Positions 23,051-37,160 are shown, counted from the first letter of the stretch. The stretch: DNA of 42,386 bases from Octopus bimaculoides (GCF_001194135.2 NC_068999.1:26848427-26890812); one strand, 5' to 3'. Notes: a model not told the origin generated them from the letters alone. A program made the numbers and translations.

Positions 23051-26000
23051 CATGGAATCATAGAACTGTGTTTGAATGATGCTAATAATCCAATGACAGA
23101 AGTGATGAGGAAACAACAACTTTATGGAAGTTTTGTAAAACTGTATACACACTCGATTTGTAGCTTGCAAAAACTAAGTGTCGTTTCGCTTTCAACGTAT
23201 TGTCAAACAAAATGTTTTCCACAAAATAAAGAGGTAGCAATAGTAAAAAAGACGATTTCTTTTGTATAGAAATATAATTAGTAACAGCTTATTTCATTTC
23301 CCTCTTCTCCATTTTTCATTGCGCATGTTATATGTCTTCTGTAAAACAATGTTATTTACAATTTGCGAATTCGTTAGCATTCTTTTCACCACTTTTTTTC
23401 ACTAATTAAGTGTTTATAGCAATTAAATTATAGTAAAGTTTTCTTATGTATACATGTATTTCATCAAAGGAACGGAATATTGTTGAGCATCTTGTTAAAT
23501 AGGTACTAATTGTTCGTCTAGAGGGAAATGATAATTATATATCATTAATTATAGTATTCGGCTGATACAAGATATTAACGAGTGATAGGCATATTGTTGC
23601 TTTCTAGCATTTTTCTCTCGTCACCAACTATATCAGATTGAACTTACTCAAGCAAAGCAATTCAAGCTGCTGCTGCTGTCTCTACTACTACAACTGCTTG
23701 CAACATGGGCCTAACATATAAACATAAACCATTTCATACAATAGGATGTACAAGACATTTGCATGTTTACATATGTGTGAATAAAAAAATGGAGTAAAGT
23801 ACGAACCGCAATGGACACATGCTGCTCAATTCCAAGCAGATGTGTGAAACTTGTCCCCGGTATTTAACCCAACTGTTCGAAGAAAGTAGAGGCTCGGAAA
23901 TGGAGGCGGTGGTGGATTTTAGTGCCTACCTCGATGGAATATCGTAACTCTCAGCAGAAAGTGCAGAATGTTATGGAAAGGCAACTGAAAAACGGATGAC
24001 AATACGTGGTTGTGCGTGACACAGATCACATATATGCTAAACTAGTTCTCCAACGTCATGAAAAACGTCTACGGCAACTTGTTGCAGGATGGGCGTATCT
24101 CCTGTTCTGTGAGTAGAGTAGGAGAGTAGTAGCACTTATGAAGACAAATTCAAACAAGTGGTATGTCATTTTAGCCAAAGAGGTAGCACTGAGACTGGTA
24201 CTTGACATCGAGAATATCGTCGGGAATACACTGAAGGGCACAATCCCGACCCGATCTAACCACGATAATCTCCATCTCATGTGGTAGAGCTCAATTCAAA
24301 TCCTTGAAAAGTTTTCGATTGGGTCAATCATTATCATTTAATGGCTGTCGAGAAGGCAGTCGGTTTCTGTCCTGTTTTGAGTGCTGTATCGCTTCAGTAT
24401 CAGATTGCATCTGCTTGCTGGTCAGTGTAAGCGGCCTCTTATCGGAACCGTTTCAGATCACACGTCCAGTTCTCTCTCATCTATTTTGTACATAGTGACT
24501 GCTATTATTTGTTTTATAATCGAGATTAGATATGATAGAGTAAACATTTCTAAATGTTTGGATTTTGACTATAACTCATCTTTTTTTAGCTGAACAACTA
24601 TTTTATTTCAATCGTTGTCTTAGCGCTCTATAAACAAAATAGAAGAAAACTAAAATAGAAAAGTGGAAGACAAATTCGTCACAAAGATTTTCTTCATTTC
24701 TCACTCATTTAGCAAGAAATGTCTGTGACATTTCTTAAAACAGATCTTAAAAATTTATTTTAAGCGGCTCGTTGAAAGAAATTATGAACCTTTTATTACA
24801 AGACATTGGAAGATTTTGATGTTTCAACTTTAACAGAGAAAAGCTTTGTTAGAATATTCCCTAACCTATTATATTGGTATTACATTGATTTCCGAGTTCT
24901 GAGTCGTTGCCATTAGTCTCTCAGGGTTTTTGATCTTGGCTTAAGTTGAAAATACTCAATATTGATTAACTGTCAATCCCCAGCAGGAGAATTGGGAGTT
25001 AATCAGTGTCAAAGACTGAAAGAAATTGGTAGATTAAACGGTCTTTTGAAGTAATACAAGATAACATTTTTTTAAAGCAGTACACCAAAATTATCGATTC
25101 TAACTTAATAGCATTCTCAATGGAAATGTAGACAGAGTTTGATAAAGAAACTGAATTTTATAAGAGAGAAGCAATTCAGCTAATATGTTTATAATCGTAC
25201 TGGGTTCGATTTCTTTAAACATTAGCATAACCTGCAAGAGACATGAATAATACGACTGGAAGCTTGAGTACATTGTAGCTATTAGTAAAGCCTATTATGG
25301 GAAAGTAACCGACCAAATGAAAAATATAGGTTTGAATATATATCACTTAAGATCGTATACGTTGGGACTGTTTTGTATAATCCGAGAAAAACTCTCCAGT
25401 ATGATGATTCTAATACCTGATTACTTTTTTAGAATTAGGATAATACTTGACTTTCTCTTTAATCATACTAGGTACCAAGCTGGAAATTTTACAATAAATC
25501 GTGAATAGTGGCATTGCGACACGATCCGAAACTCATTATTCCAACAGTTTCAAGTGCATCATTAGTGAATTTATTTATTCAAGAGAAGTTAATAATTGAA
25601 TATTAGAATTCTATATCTTAACATTTTAAAATTATATTCATTATTTAGAACTTTCTAAAATTAAACCTTTGTATGCAAGAAGTGAAATATGGGTTAATAT
25701 TTATCGCTCAGCTATTTCACCATAATCTTTATTTTTATCGGAAATGGGGATAAGATTGTGTGAAATTTTTTTCAAAGTAAATGAAAGGAAACGAAATTAG
25801 TTTCAACTGAAAATAGAAAGTGATTGCACACGAACTGTCGGAATGTTGTTTCCCCTTATTTTATCGATATCTCATGAAATATACATCATGCGATAAATGA
25901 AATAGAGGGTTTCTCATCTTTGAACATATATTTCTAATACAGGATTTGATTGATAAATTTGTGGAAGGTGAAAAATGAGAGTAATGGTATCATGTCTTTC

Positions 26001-27740
26001 CTAAGATAAGGAAAAGAAATGCATGTTTGTGAAAACCGAAACCAGAGCATATTCTCTACTTGAAAGAATTACTTCCATATCATGGTTATCATTGATAAAT
26101 ATGGATATCTGATTCTATGAACACAACGAGTTTTGCTACTAAATATTTTCGTTTTGGCGGGATGAAACGAGATAAGTTCAGAATCTAGAACAGAACTAAA
26201 TACTTCGTGAAGACATTAAGACTAGTGCGACCTTGTTTCTGCTTCCCAAACTCTTCATTAACACTTTCTTTTAAAATGCATAAGATGTCATGTATAATGA
26301 GAATGTTCGTATTTGAAAAATAACTTACTAAGCTTCAACGCAATAATCATAACTCATTTTTCACCTTCCATAAATTTATCATTTTAATCCTGTGTTAGAG
26401 ATAAATGTTCAGAGATTAGAAACTCTCTATTTCATTGTTCGTATTATACAGTCAGGTATATAATAAGTCAGGTGATTGATAAAACAGAGATTTGACCGTT
26501 CAAGTTTAAGTTTGAGGTTATTCATTCATGTCTCAAAGCAGATCAAAATAATTTACTGAAAACTAAATATTGATTTCTAACTTGACAAAATGTCACACAT
26601 TACACGGAAAGGCATGGTCGATGAAATCGCTTCCAATTGCCTAGTACTTATTTAATCAGCCCTACAAGGAACAAAACTAACTAAAAATAAGGGATGTAAC
26701 TTCAAAACGATTATTGCGTTGAAGTTTAGTAAGTTATTTTCGAGTACGAACATTCTCAGTACGTTTAACATCTTAAGCATTTTAAAAGAAAGTTGTTCTT
26801 CTTTACCAGCACGTCAGATTTGATTGAGGAAACTCCGTGATTAAACACATTCGAGCAATGACAACACCATATTTTCTTCAAACATATTGTATCTAAGACT
26901 ATTATTAAGTGCAGCCTTTCCTTTCAAAGGAGGTAGGGTGTGATTTGAAGGCGATCTGGCTACTATGCAATGTATTAAAGGAGGTACAACAAACTATGAA
27001 ATTTCCAACCGTTGGTACAAACTGAATATTATTACAATACTATTGCACTGATACAAATAACTACCCGTTCCATGTAAACTTATCAAATATTCCTTCACTA
27101 TATATCATTCAATATTTTTCTCCAAATATCTTATTGTGAAACAGAGAGATGATTCAGTTATATCTGTATTTTCTCAGAAGTAATTTTACTTCTTATACCA
27201 GGAAAATTCACAATGCATATAATAAGAGAATTTTTATCGGATTTTAAAATACTGGTTAATTTTGAAAGAATATTCACAGTTAAAGCATGTCATGAGAATA
27301 AATTAGATTGTTGAAGGTTTGGTTGATTCAAATATCGTTATTTGATTATCGGAGGCTTATAGCTGTTAATGAAAATCCAATCCCAAATTTGAATGGATTT
27401 TCTAGCAATAATCCTTGTCATAAAGACCGAAGTTAATCCAAGTCTTAGGAAATCTTTATCGTAAATCAGCACTGCAAGAATGCATCATTTTCGGTTATTC
27501 CTCCCGATCATGAGCAATCATTCAAATTACCCAACCGAAATGTAAACAAAATCAATGTAACAAGCATTGTTAGTTAAATAACTGTACTTGTCAATGTTGG
27601 GGAAACCTATGTCGGTTCTATTCCATAGTCTTTTTATTACAGCATGTTAAAAAAAGATTTTGTCATATCAGTTTTAAGGAAGAAAGATGTGTTTAAGAAT
27701 AAGTGATATAGTCACAGATGTTATAATAAACGTGTTACTA

Positions 27741-29521
27741 CTGTCGTGGCCAATGATTTTGGCAAAAGCATTATTTTGCACCAAAAATATATAAATATGC
27801 CTATCTAAGGCAAAAGATTTATTTGTTTGAGCGTGTACTAGCATATTAAAACTTGAACCATATAAACAATAATAAAGAGTGATACACAGTTATTCATCTT
27901 CCTCTCAGTATTTGCAGTGGCGACCTCTATTTTTCGAGAAATCCATGATTCGTTTAGGCATGCTGGAAACCGAATATTGAGTCAGTTCTATGTTTACAAA
28001 CTTCTGTTCTTGCTGTACGAGAGCTTTCAACTCTTCATTATTTGTTGGCTTTTCCGTCAACTCGGATTTTAAGGATGGACCACAAATTTTCAATATGATT
28101 TAAATCTGGAAAATTTCCCGGCCAAGGCTCCAAACTTTCAATACCTTTATCTCCAAGATACTTTTAAAAATCTTTTTAGCAGTGTGGCAAGGTGTTCCAT
28201 CTTGTTGGAAAATGAAAGTTTCTTCGTCAAACTGCCTCTCAATGTTTGGAAGGAGATAGTTTTCAAGAATATTTTGGTACCATATGGAATTCATAGAAGT
28301 GTTTTTCGGCAAAACTAACAGTGATCCAACGCCCTTGGATGAAAAGCAACCTCACACATGAATGGTTTCTGGATGCTTGACCGTGTGCACAATACAGGCC
28401 AAATTATAGCGTTCACTTTATCGCCTTCTGACGAGCCTTTTACCAGATGTCCCAAACAATTGAAATGGTATCTTCATCAGAAAAAAATCACTTTGTCCTA
28501 TTGTTCACTAGATGACTTTTTACATTTTCTGCAAAAGGCAAGTCTGTCCTTCACGTTTTTCTTGGACAAAAAAGTTTCTTTGCAGTATTCTGTGAAGCGA
28601 GACCATTGTCAAGAAGTCGTCGTCGAACAGTCCGAGCTGAAGCGCTGACACCGGCTGATTCTCACTCTTTAGCAAGCTGTTTGTAGCCGACACTTTGATT
28701 CTTCAATGAATTTCTCACCAAAACTCTGTCTTGGCGGTCAGAGGACAGACGTTGACGACCAAGGCTCTTCTTCACTGTCATGGATCCGGTCTCTTTGAAA
28801 GGTTTTATAATCCTGTACACTGTTCTTTCAGGTCCACTGCCTTTAGCAACAATATCCTGTGTTGTTAGGCCATTTTGGTGGAAAGAAATTATTGACTGAC
28901 GTTTTTCTTGTGCCAATACCATCCCTACAATAAGGTGGTGAGCCGGCAGAAACGTTAGCAGGCTGGGTGAAATGCTTAGCGGTATTTCGTCTGTCTTTAC
29001 GTTCTGAGTTCAAATTCCGCCGAGGTCGACTTTGCCTTCCATTCTTTAGGGGTCGATAAATTAAGTACCAGTTGCGTACTGGGGTCGATCTAATCGACTG
29101 GCCCCCTCCCCCAAAATTTCGGGCTTTGTGCCTGGAGTAGAAAATACCATTCCTACAATAAAAAAAATAAAATTTGAGGTTTGTGTGAGGAAAAAGAGCA
29201 TTCATTAATTAAAAATCAATCATAAAAGACTCAGGACATCATACATAACTTTACTTACTGTTTTGGCTATTAATTATTAGTTTGCATGCGATTCCATCTT
29301 GAAATCATGAAGAGGAATGTGATTTCCACTTGTAGGAAATATAACCAATTCTGCAAACTGATGATTATTTGTAATATCTATTAATTTTCAGCAATTTTTC
29401 TTTCAAATCTTATTAGACAATAGATAACCTGTTAAAATAATATTAAATCATTAACATTTACAAGATATTTCACACAAAATAGCAAAAACATGGTGTTTGC
29501 CAAAATCATTGGCCATGACTG
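27741..29521 (-). mobile_element. Tc1-family DNA transposon with both TIRs, decayed transposase, SINE insertion
   Basis: TA|CTGTCGTGGCCAATGATTTTGGCAAA ... TTTGCCAAAATCATTGGCCATGACTG|TA (~26-bp TIR, TA duplication). Transposase motifs [38 protein letters not shown]. Confidence 0.93.
28934..29142 (+). mobile_element. SINE family A, full length, inserted in the Tc1 element
   Basis: Complete body flanked by a 19-bp TSD AATACCAT(C/T)CCTACAATAA at 28915-28933 and 29143-29161. Confidence 0.93.
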
Positions 29522-32500
29522 TACATTAATGATGCGATGGATGGGAAGTTGGATGAATGAGTAGAGTAGTCTTTGTTTTTGAGTCATCATATATGTGTTG
29601 TTAAAAGATTGTATTGGATTCGACCATCAAATGAGGGATGGCAAAGTGACAATAGTAAATTCTATTTATGCAGTTGGACAGCACCTGTGGCTAAGTGCAG
29701 ATAAGAGAGATATAGAGCAAATGAGAGAAAAGAAGATGCGTGAATGAATACACCTCTCCTGTTACAGGCTAATTGTTCAGTCAGTAGCAGTTTAGTCGTT
29801 TGTGCTGTAGTGACGAGCGAAAACAGAATCTGAACATCGCCAAGTTTTCTGTCTTTTTTGACTCCGTGTGTCCGTCTGTCCTTCTCATCAGATCAGGTCT
29901 CTTCCTACTCGTTCGAGAGCAAATCCATTTGGACAGATCTGTGATTGTATCATCAGTCAAAAGCATAGGAGTTGTTTACATACAAATTTATTGTTTAAAG
30001 TTTTGCCTAAAGCTCCGGTTATTGTTTATGAAGAATTTCATGATTGAAACCAAATTTTCGATCGACTACAGATGAAATAAATATTACTAACTGTATCCTG
30101 ATATAAACCAATAAAAGTGACTCTCTTTGTTGACACAGATAAATAATACTTTATTACATTGTTACAAGACTACGCAGAACTTATTGTATTTATTTAGAGA
30201 ATAATGAAAGGATAAGTCGAGTCTGGTGTCATTTGGACGTAACATAGAATACAGCAAGGCATTGAATCCGACGCTATACTGTTTCTGCCTCTCTGTTGCC
30301 CTTAGAGTAAATAGATATTTAAATACTCTCTTGTAAATTAAACACGGATCTCTAATATTGGAGCGAATCCTTAAAGTTTTGGCGATTGTTGTATATCGAT
30401 TCAGTACTTGACTGGTATTCATATTATCTCCCCCGGAAGAATGGAATACAAAGTCCACATTGGCAATGAGGGAGGATACATGTGGTAGTTCCGATAGGTA
30501 ACAATTATGTTTGACTACCGAAGAGATGCTGTAGTACATAGAAGCGATCCAAACACTAAAAGCGGGATACAAACCTGTTGCACTGAAAACAGCCGCCAGG
30601 TAGCATTGTTCGACCCTATCAGAGTTTTCAAATTGATCCAAGCTGGTTCCACACCGAAGCTAGATTTGTTACCGTTTTACTGTGTATGACATGGATACTG
30701 AGCTTGATATAAGTCTGTCGTGAATCGTACGGATGTGTACGGCATCTTAACGCTACCCGTGGCAAAAATCTTTACGAGTATTCACATTCAGCAAAATTAT
30801 GAACTTGACATACATCTTGTTTTCTTTTTTTTGCGTCCGCTTCTGCACCTAATACAGCTAGAGATACATCTAATCTTCCAAACATACAAACATAGTAATA
30901 GGTGCGTGTAGATTGTAGCGAACGAACTTTAGCATGTACTTATGAAATTTATAGGGCAGACTACTCAAACCAAGGGATTTTTCGCTGACACAACCACTCA
31001 CTGCCAACTGTATTTAAGCTGTTGATACTGTTTTTTCACAAAAGTTTACTTCTTCAACTGAGAACCACAACAGGTTGTCATTGTATGCACTGGGGCCCAC
31101 CATCCCCAATTATAAATATACTTTGAAACAATCAAGCAAAGTTGCTGGAAAAAGGTGCTCATCTAACCATGCAACTTTGTGCTTTGCGTCAAAGAAATGG
31201 TCGAATACCATTTTTGCCTCTCCTAACGTGGTCAATAACCACCCTTTATGATATTTAGTTCTCTATCGCTACTCCAATCGATTCTACTCAAATAGCTCTC
31301 TTCAGAGAGATCGATCACTAATAGTTGATGACCGTCTCTGCCAATTGTCACTTAACTAGTTCATTAGGTTTTCCAAGTCTGGAACGATGTTTTCAGCTTC
31401 CAGCAATCGAGACCCTGTCTATGCGTCTTACAAAAGATTACCACACAGATCACAAATCGGTGGTTTATATAGACGATTAGCCAAAATTACTGCTATCTTT
31501 ATATGCTATCTGGACGACCCGATGCAATATGTCGAAAGTCACATTAACATATCTGAAAAATTCATCGGCGCTTATCGAACACTTAATGTTTCAGCGAGTT
31601 TCCGTGGCTTCTCTGCATCCATTCTCCATCTAATCAGATAGAAACTTATGTGCATCCAAAATGCCATCCAGTGACCTTTCGCACTAACGAGTTTAAGACT
31701 GAGACATTCTTCAAAATACTTCTGGATACTTGAAGAAGTTTCGCAGCTCTGCCTCATTTGGGGTAGAAATGTTCCCTAGTCTGACAGCAACAGCTTCACA
31801 GTTACTGTTCACGTCCAGAGCCACCTATATATCATCTGTGTTCAGGAAGATCCAGACTTTTCCTGAAATAACTATGAAACATTGCTCGATCAGGCCGAAC
31901 GAAAGTCATTTATGCCTTGTAGTTATTCAGAGGCTCAGATGATTGCATGTTGGAAATTTTTGTCTCATCGATGGTTACCACATCTATATTTAGTGGCCTG
32001 AATTCATGTACTTTGGTCTCGAATAACGGGTAAATAAGTTTTCTGGTTGGAGAAGAGGACCTTAGAATTCTTATTAACTTTTCCCCCTTATAATTATGCA
32101 TTATGTGAAAATTCACCTAAACTTCTGGTGCATTAGAAGAGTAACGTCCAGTGTATTTAGGATGATCTACCCATCCTAAAACTACTCATGCTTTTCCTTT
32201 CTTGTGTATTTTATTGTTTGCCCTTTCGTACAAAAGTGAAGATGAGGAGGGTTGTTGTATTTGACCGTTGGTGTTGCTGCTACTCTTGTCGTCTTTTTTT
32301 AACATTGTTTCTTTGGATATCTTTGCTGTAGTCGTTGTCCATGTGGACTTTCTTTGATGCTGTTGTTGCAGTTGCGATGCTGTTTTCTATGTTCTTGTTA
32401 GGTTTACTACGGTTGTTGTATTCGTGGGTTTTCTGTTACTGATTATGTGTGTGTGGTTATAGTGGTGATTGTTGTATGTGTCTGATAGACAGTGTCTCGT

Positions 32501-33169
32501 CAGATCTGGAATTCAGTTCTGAGATTCCATCAGTGGTCAGCTGAGGAGAAGAGATCGGGATATCATCTTGTTTGATGATCGCTTTCGGCTGTTAATAGTG
32601 CTAGAACATTGAAGTTGTTGCATGGCGTTTTTGTGTAAGTTTGGTTGATCCTTTTATCTTTGTTTCTTCCTATTGTTGTTGGTGTGCTTGTGGTTGTTTG
32701 TTCTGTGGTACTGATGCTGATGGTTGTTGCGTTTGCAATGGTGTTGATGGTGTCTTTATTTGTCAGGTTCTATATCTTCATATCCAGTCTGTTGGTTATT
32801 TTTCCAGAGGTGACGTTTTTTTTCCTTTTATTTTCCTTTTCCGCCTCCAACAAAGTTCAGTCGAAGTCGGTGGCAGTTGGAGATTTATGTTTGCGTGTAT
32901 GAGCATTTATGTGTGCATGCTTATTTTCTGATGGACTGGTGTAGGGAAGTTCTGTTTTGGTTGTGGTGGCATTGGCGATGCTGTGAAAAATTCTGTACGT
33001 AGCTGCTGTTCCAACAGCCATTATCACCCACGTCTTCGACGCCTTGTCTTTTTTTTTTTAAATAGGCAAGATTTTTTTACAAAACTAAATGCACTCTAAA
33101 GAGCCGAAAATATTACGAAACTCACCAGCTTTTTAGAAAGTTGGCACAACAACGTATCTTGCTGGATAT

Positions 33170-33290
33170 CAACAACTACAACAACTACGATGAGGAGGAA
33201 GTTGATGATAATGATGATGATGTCGATGATTAAGATGATGAGGGTGATGAAGATGATGATGATGATAATGATAATGTTAATCGTTATCAT
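33170..33290. repeat. Degenerate (GAT)n-rich tract
   Basis: Direct reading. Confidence 0.85.
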
Positions 33291-33547
33291 TATTTGTTTA
33301 AGACAGTGAAATTTTAGAAAATGGTAGAATAACTGCTCTGTAATTGATAGCTATCTTTTTAAAATTCTGAATTCAAATACAGCATTGGTTAACTTTTCCT
33401 TTCATAATTCCAAAGTAGCATGAAAAATATCATTTATTTGATTAAGCTTTGCCACGCACAATGCTTTGCTGCACACAATTATTGCAATTTCTTATCTTGT
33501 TTGCAATTTCAAAAAAAAAAAACTCATTACACTAATATACATATAAA

Positions 33548-33554
33548 CACACAC

Positions 33555-33587
<33 letters not shown>

Positions 33588-33655
33588 CACACACACACAA
33601 GCACACCCACACACACACACGCACGCAAGCACTCCCCCCCACCACACACAGAGAA
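33548..33655. repeat. (CA)n-type microsatellite
   Basis: Direct reading. Confidence 0.93.
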
Positions 33656-35594
33656 AAACATTTTTGTATGCGTAAGCATATATCTGTTGATATTTGAATA
33701 ATGATTTCATGAATTTTCCTCATATCTCCGTTACAATGCAGCCCTGAAGCGCTAAAATACTACTCAAATAAGGCCGCTTACAAATTTGGCAACTATTTGC
33801 ATAGGAAGATATGTTTGCGATAGTTGAGACGTGATACTTATAAAACGTTTGATTGATGTTTATAAACAAAGAAAAAGAAATACATTTTGTGTTTTGAATT
33901 GTCTTTACTATCACATTTATAAACTAAAACTGAGCGAGTAACCTGTGTATCGGATGAAAATAATTTACAATTTGTGTACGTGTCATCAGTGAGAGCTACG
34001 GGTAGTCTACAATGAAGTAAGTCAGGGAAGCAAGGCCTAACTTTCTTCAGATTATTAACAGTGAACAGAAATTTCAGCTATGAGGAATGAGTGATGTTAA
34101 ATGAGAGATTATCACCCAAAACATCCTTCACTCCTCAATGACTCCTTGATTTCATGCTTTCATATTGTGTGCCAATGAGCAATTTACCGTATTTGGCTTC
34201 GGCAGTTTAAGCTAGATACTAAATTAATTACTAAATTAAATTATATGGCACAAACAAGAATTGAGTCTGCTTCATAGATTCGTACTTTTAGGAACATATC
34301 ACCAACCTAACCATGAGGAATCCATTTTCATACCACCAGTTCCGGTATTCGGACGTTGACCAGGAAACTATCTTGTTTTTTTTTAAACTCTGTTTTGTAG
34401 CACTAAAACTCAAACATTTCAAATAAAATTACTGAAGATATAACCAAAACAACATTGATATCTGTGGATGAAAGTATATGATATTTCAATATCACACTAT
34501 TACCAAATTGACCAGGAAATGAAGAGTCGAAAATATGGAACTACTATATGCATAGAAATTATCCTAATGTCGCCGAAGCAATAATGACAAATACCGGTGG
34601 GATTTGAATTAAAATCATAAATAATTAACGATGGGATTTAACTTGACGTATTACAATTTCTACCACATCATCAGCCAAATTCATTAAACTGAGGCGTGGG
34701 TTTTCTTTGCTGTCATTTGTATTTAATTCACTTTTCGAGACATTGTCCCATCGTTTTTATATATTTGTACAACGCGACTAAAATATTGGAGGTTTAAAAA
34801 TAGATTTTCTATATCTTGGGAAAATGGTGGCAGTGTTAGATATCTCAAATACCTCAGTCACGCAGAGTGCTGAAGACTGGAAGCTTAAAAATAACGAGGG
34901 AGAAAACTGACCAATAAACAATTTTGAAGCCTATTGTTATTTATGTTTTATCCACTGAACAAAACAAAAACCAACCGCTTCCATTAGATTTAAATTGAAG
35001 AATAGCTTAGTTAAACGTAGGTATGTTAATTATGAAGTGGTCATTCGTCACCAATAGCAGTAATATAATTAAGTTTATGCAATGTTCTAGTGTGCATGCT
35101 CTTAACATATTTCAAATATTGGAGTCAATAATGGCGCCGATAAATATATTAAGCTATTTTCACTAACTATGACCTACCATAGTATAAATTCAAAAGCTCT
35201 TGATCTTACACTCAGTTAAAGCACCATTTTTGTATTTGACAGACTTTGAAATACATTTAAAAAATTTTTTATTTATTCTTCAGCAAGTCTTAGGATTACA
35301 GCCAAAAAGTCAATCAAATATTTTTAAATGTATTGATCGGATAAGATAAATGTTTCAATCTATTTTGCTTTTATGTTTTTGCAAACACATTGTGCAAAGA
35401 CAAAACAATAATTATCAGCCTGCTTTAAAGAGATTTATATTTAACAATGAATCAAAGAGAAACTTAAAAATCTAAATAAAATATATTTCTTTTATCAGTA
35501 TTCATCAATGGTTGTTATCTATAAAATAAAGCAGTTCAAAACACATTCATGCAGATTATATTTCTTCATGAGAAAATTTTCTAAGAAGTAAAGA

Positions 35595-35657
<63 letters not shown>

Positions 35658-35739
35658 NNNNNNNNNNNNNNNNNNNNNNNNNNNNNNNNNNNNNNNNNNN
35701 NNNNNNNNNNNNNNNNNNNNNNNNNNNNNNNNNNNNNNN

Positions 35740-35875
35740 TATTTAATATATCGACCCCGAAAGGATGAAAGGCAAAGTCGACCTCGGTGGAATTTGGACT
35801 CAAAACGTAGCGACGGACGAAATACCGCTAAGCATTTTGCCCGGCGTGCTAACGATTCTGTCAGCTCATTATCTT
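35740..35875 (-). mobile_element. SINE family A 5' part; identical to 36284-36419
   Basis: Reverse-complement SINE-A body starting exactly at the gap edge. Confidence 0.85.
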
Positions 35876-35910
35876 AATAATAATAATAATAATGATGATG
35901 ATGATGATGA

Positions 35911-35970
<60 letters not shown>

Positions 35971-35971
<1 letters not shown>

Positions 35972-36186
35972 CTTTTCTACTATAGGCGCAAGACCTGAGA
36001 TTTTTGAGGAAGGACGAGTTAATTACATCGAACTCCAATACTTGACTAGTACTTTATTTTAACTACTATCGAAAGGGTGAAAGGTATAATAGAACTCTGC
36101 AGAATTTGGACTCAGAAAATAAAGACGGACGAAATGCCGCCAAGCATTTCCTGGTGTTCTAACGATTCTGCCAGCTCTCCGCCCTA
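35971..36186 (-). mobile_element. SINE family A, full length, diverged
   Basis: CTTTTCTACTATAGGCGCAAGACCTGA ... AACGATTCTGCCAGCTCTCCGCC, flanked by (AAT)n. Confidence 0.88.
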
Positions 36187-36206
36187 AAAATAGTAATAAT
36201 AATAAT

Positions 36207-36415
36207 CCTTTCTACTAAAGGCACAAGGATTGGAATTTAGAGGAGGTGACTAGTCGATTACATCGAGGTCAGTGTTTCACTGGTATTTAATATATCGACC
36301 CCGAAAGGATGAAAGGCAAAGTCGACCTCGGTGGAATTTGGACTCAAAACGTAGCGACGGACGAAATACCGCTAAGCATTTTGCCCGGCGTGCTAACGAT
36401 TCTGTCAGCTCATTA
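36207..36415 (-). mobile_element. SINE family A, near full length
   Basis: CCTTTCTACTAAAGGCACAAGG ... AACGATTCTGTCAGCTC, flanked by (AAT)n. Confidence 0.88.
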
Positions 36416-36454
36416 TCTTAATAATAATAATAATAATGATGATGATGATGATGA

Positions 36455-36514
<60 letters not shown>

Positions 36515-36518
36515 TGAT

Positions 36519-36574
<56 letters not shown>

Positions 36575-36596
36575 CAACAACAATAATAAAAGACGG

Positions 36597-37052
36597 GCTA
36601 CAGCAAATATTCTACTCAAATACCACAGATTTGCTTGTCAGTTGTTTGACCTTAACCACTTGAGCATGTCCCTTAGTGGCTGACGATATGTGCATCTCTG
36701 ATCATTAGCAGAAGTAGTGGGGAAGCATCATAGCCATGTGTTGAGAGGAGTTCTTTGGGGTTTGAATAATTCCCCTTTGGAAACATGAGTGTTTTGCTCA
36801 ACATCCTTAAACAAACCTTATTCAAGGACCTTTTGAGTGGGATGGGCTACTCAACCTGAAGAAAATTCTAACTGGGTCCCACCTGCAAGGTCATGCACTG
36901 TTTATCTTGATATGAGGTCACTATGTTATTCACATATGGTTGTGATGCATATACCTGGTATACCCTTATCAGACGGGTAGTCATGATGGGTATATTGGGT
37001 TTCGTATATTTTACTCCAGTGTCACTTTTACGGCATGCACTGCTCTCTCACT
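36597..37052 (+). repeat. Unclassified interspersed repeat-like segment ending in an (AAT)n tail
   Basis: GC-richer island bounded on both sides by (AAT)n. No coding motif recognised and no second copy in this window. Confidence 0.4.
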
Positions 37053-37078
37053 CAATAATAATAATAATAATAATAATG

Positions 37079-37138
<60 letters not shown>

Positions 37139-37160
37139 GTAATAATAATAATAATAATAT
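37053..37160. repeat. (AAT)n microsatellite
   Basis: Triplet run. Confidence 0.97.

Noticed and set aside
26190-26290. Possible short minus-strand exon (SVNEEFGKQKQGRTSLNVFT)
   Set aside because: Splice signals are weak and there is no corroborating neighbouring exon.
11190-26965. Faint similarity between about 11265-11330 and 26935-26965 (GGTGTGATTTGAAGG...TGGCTAC)
   Set aside because: Probably old repeat fragments, but too short and diverged to classify.
35596-36590. Repeat-spacer alternation reminiscent of a CRISPR array
   Set aside because: The units are SINE copies separated by microsatellites in eukaryotic DNA, with no cas genes.
36860-36890. CTGAAGA hammerhead-like heptamer
   Set aside because: No downstream stem II-GAAA or stem I pairing.
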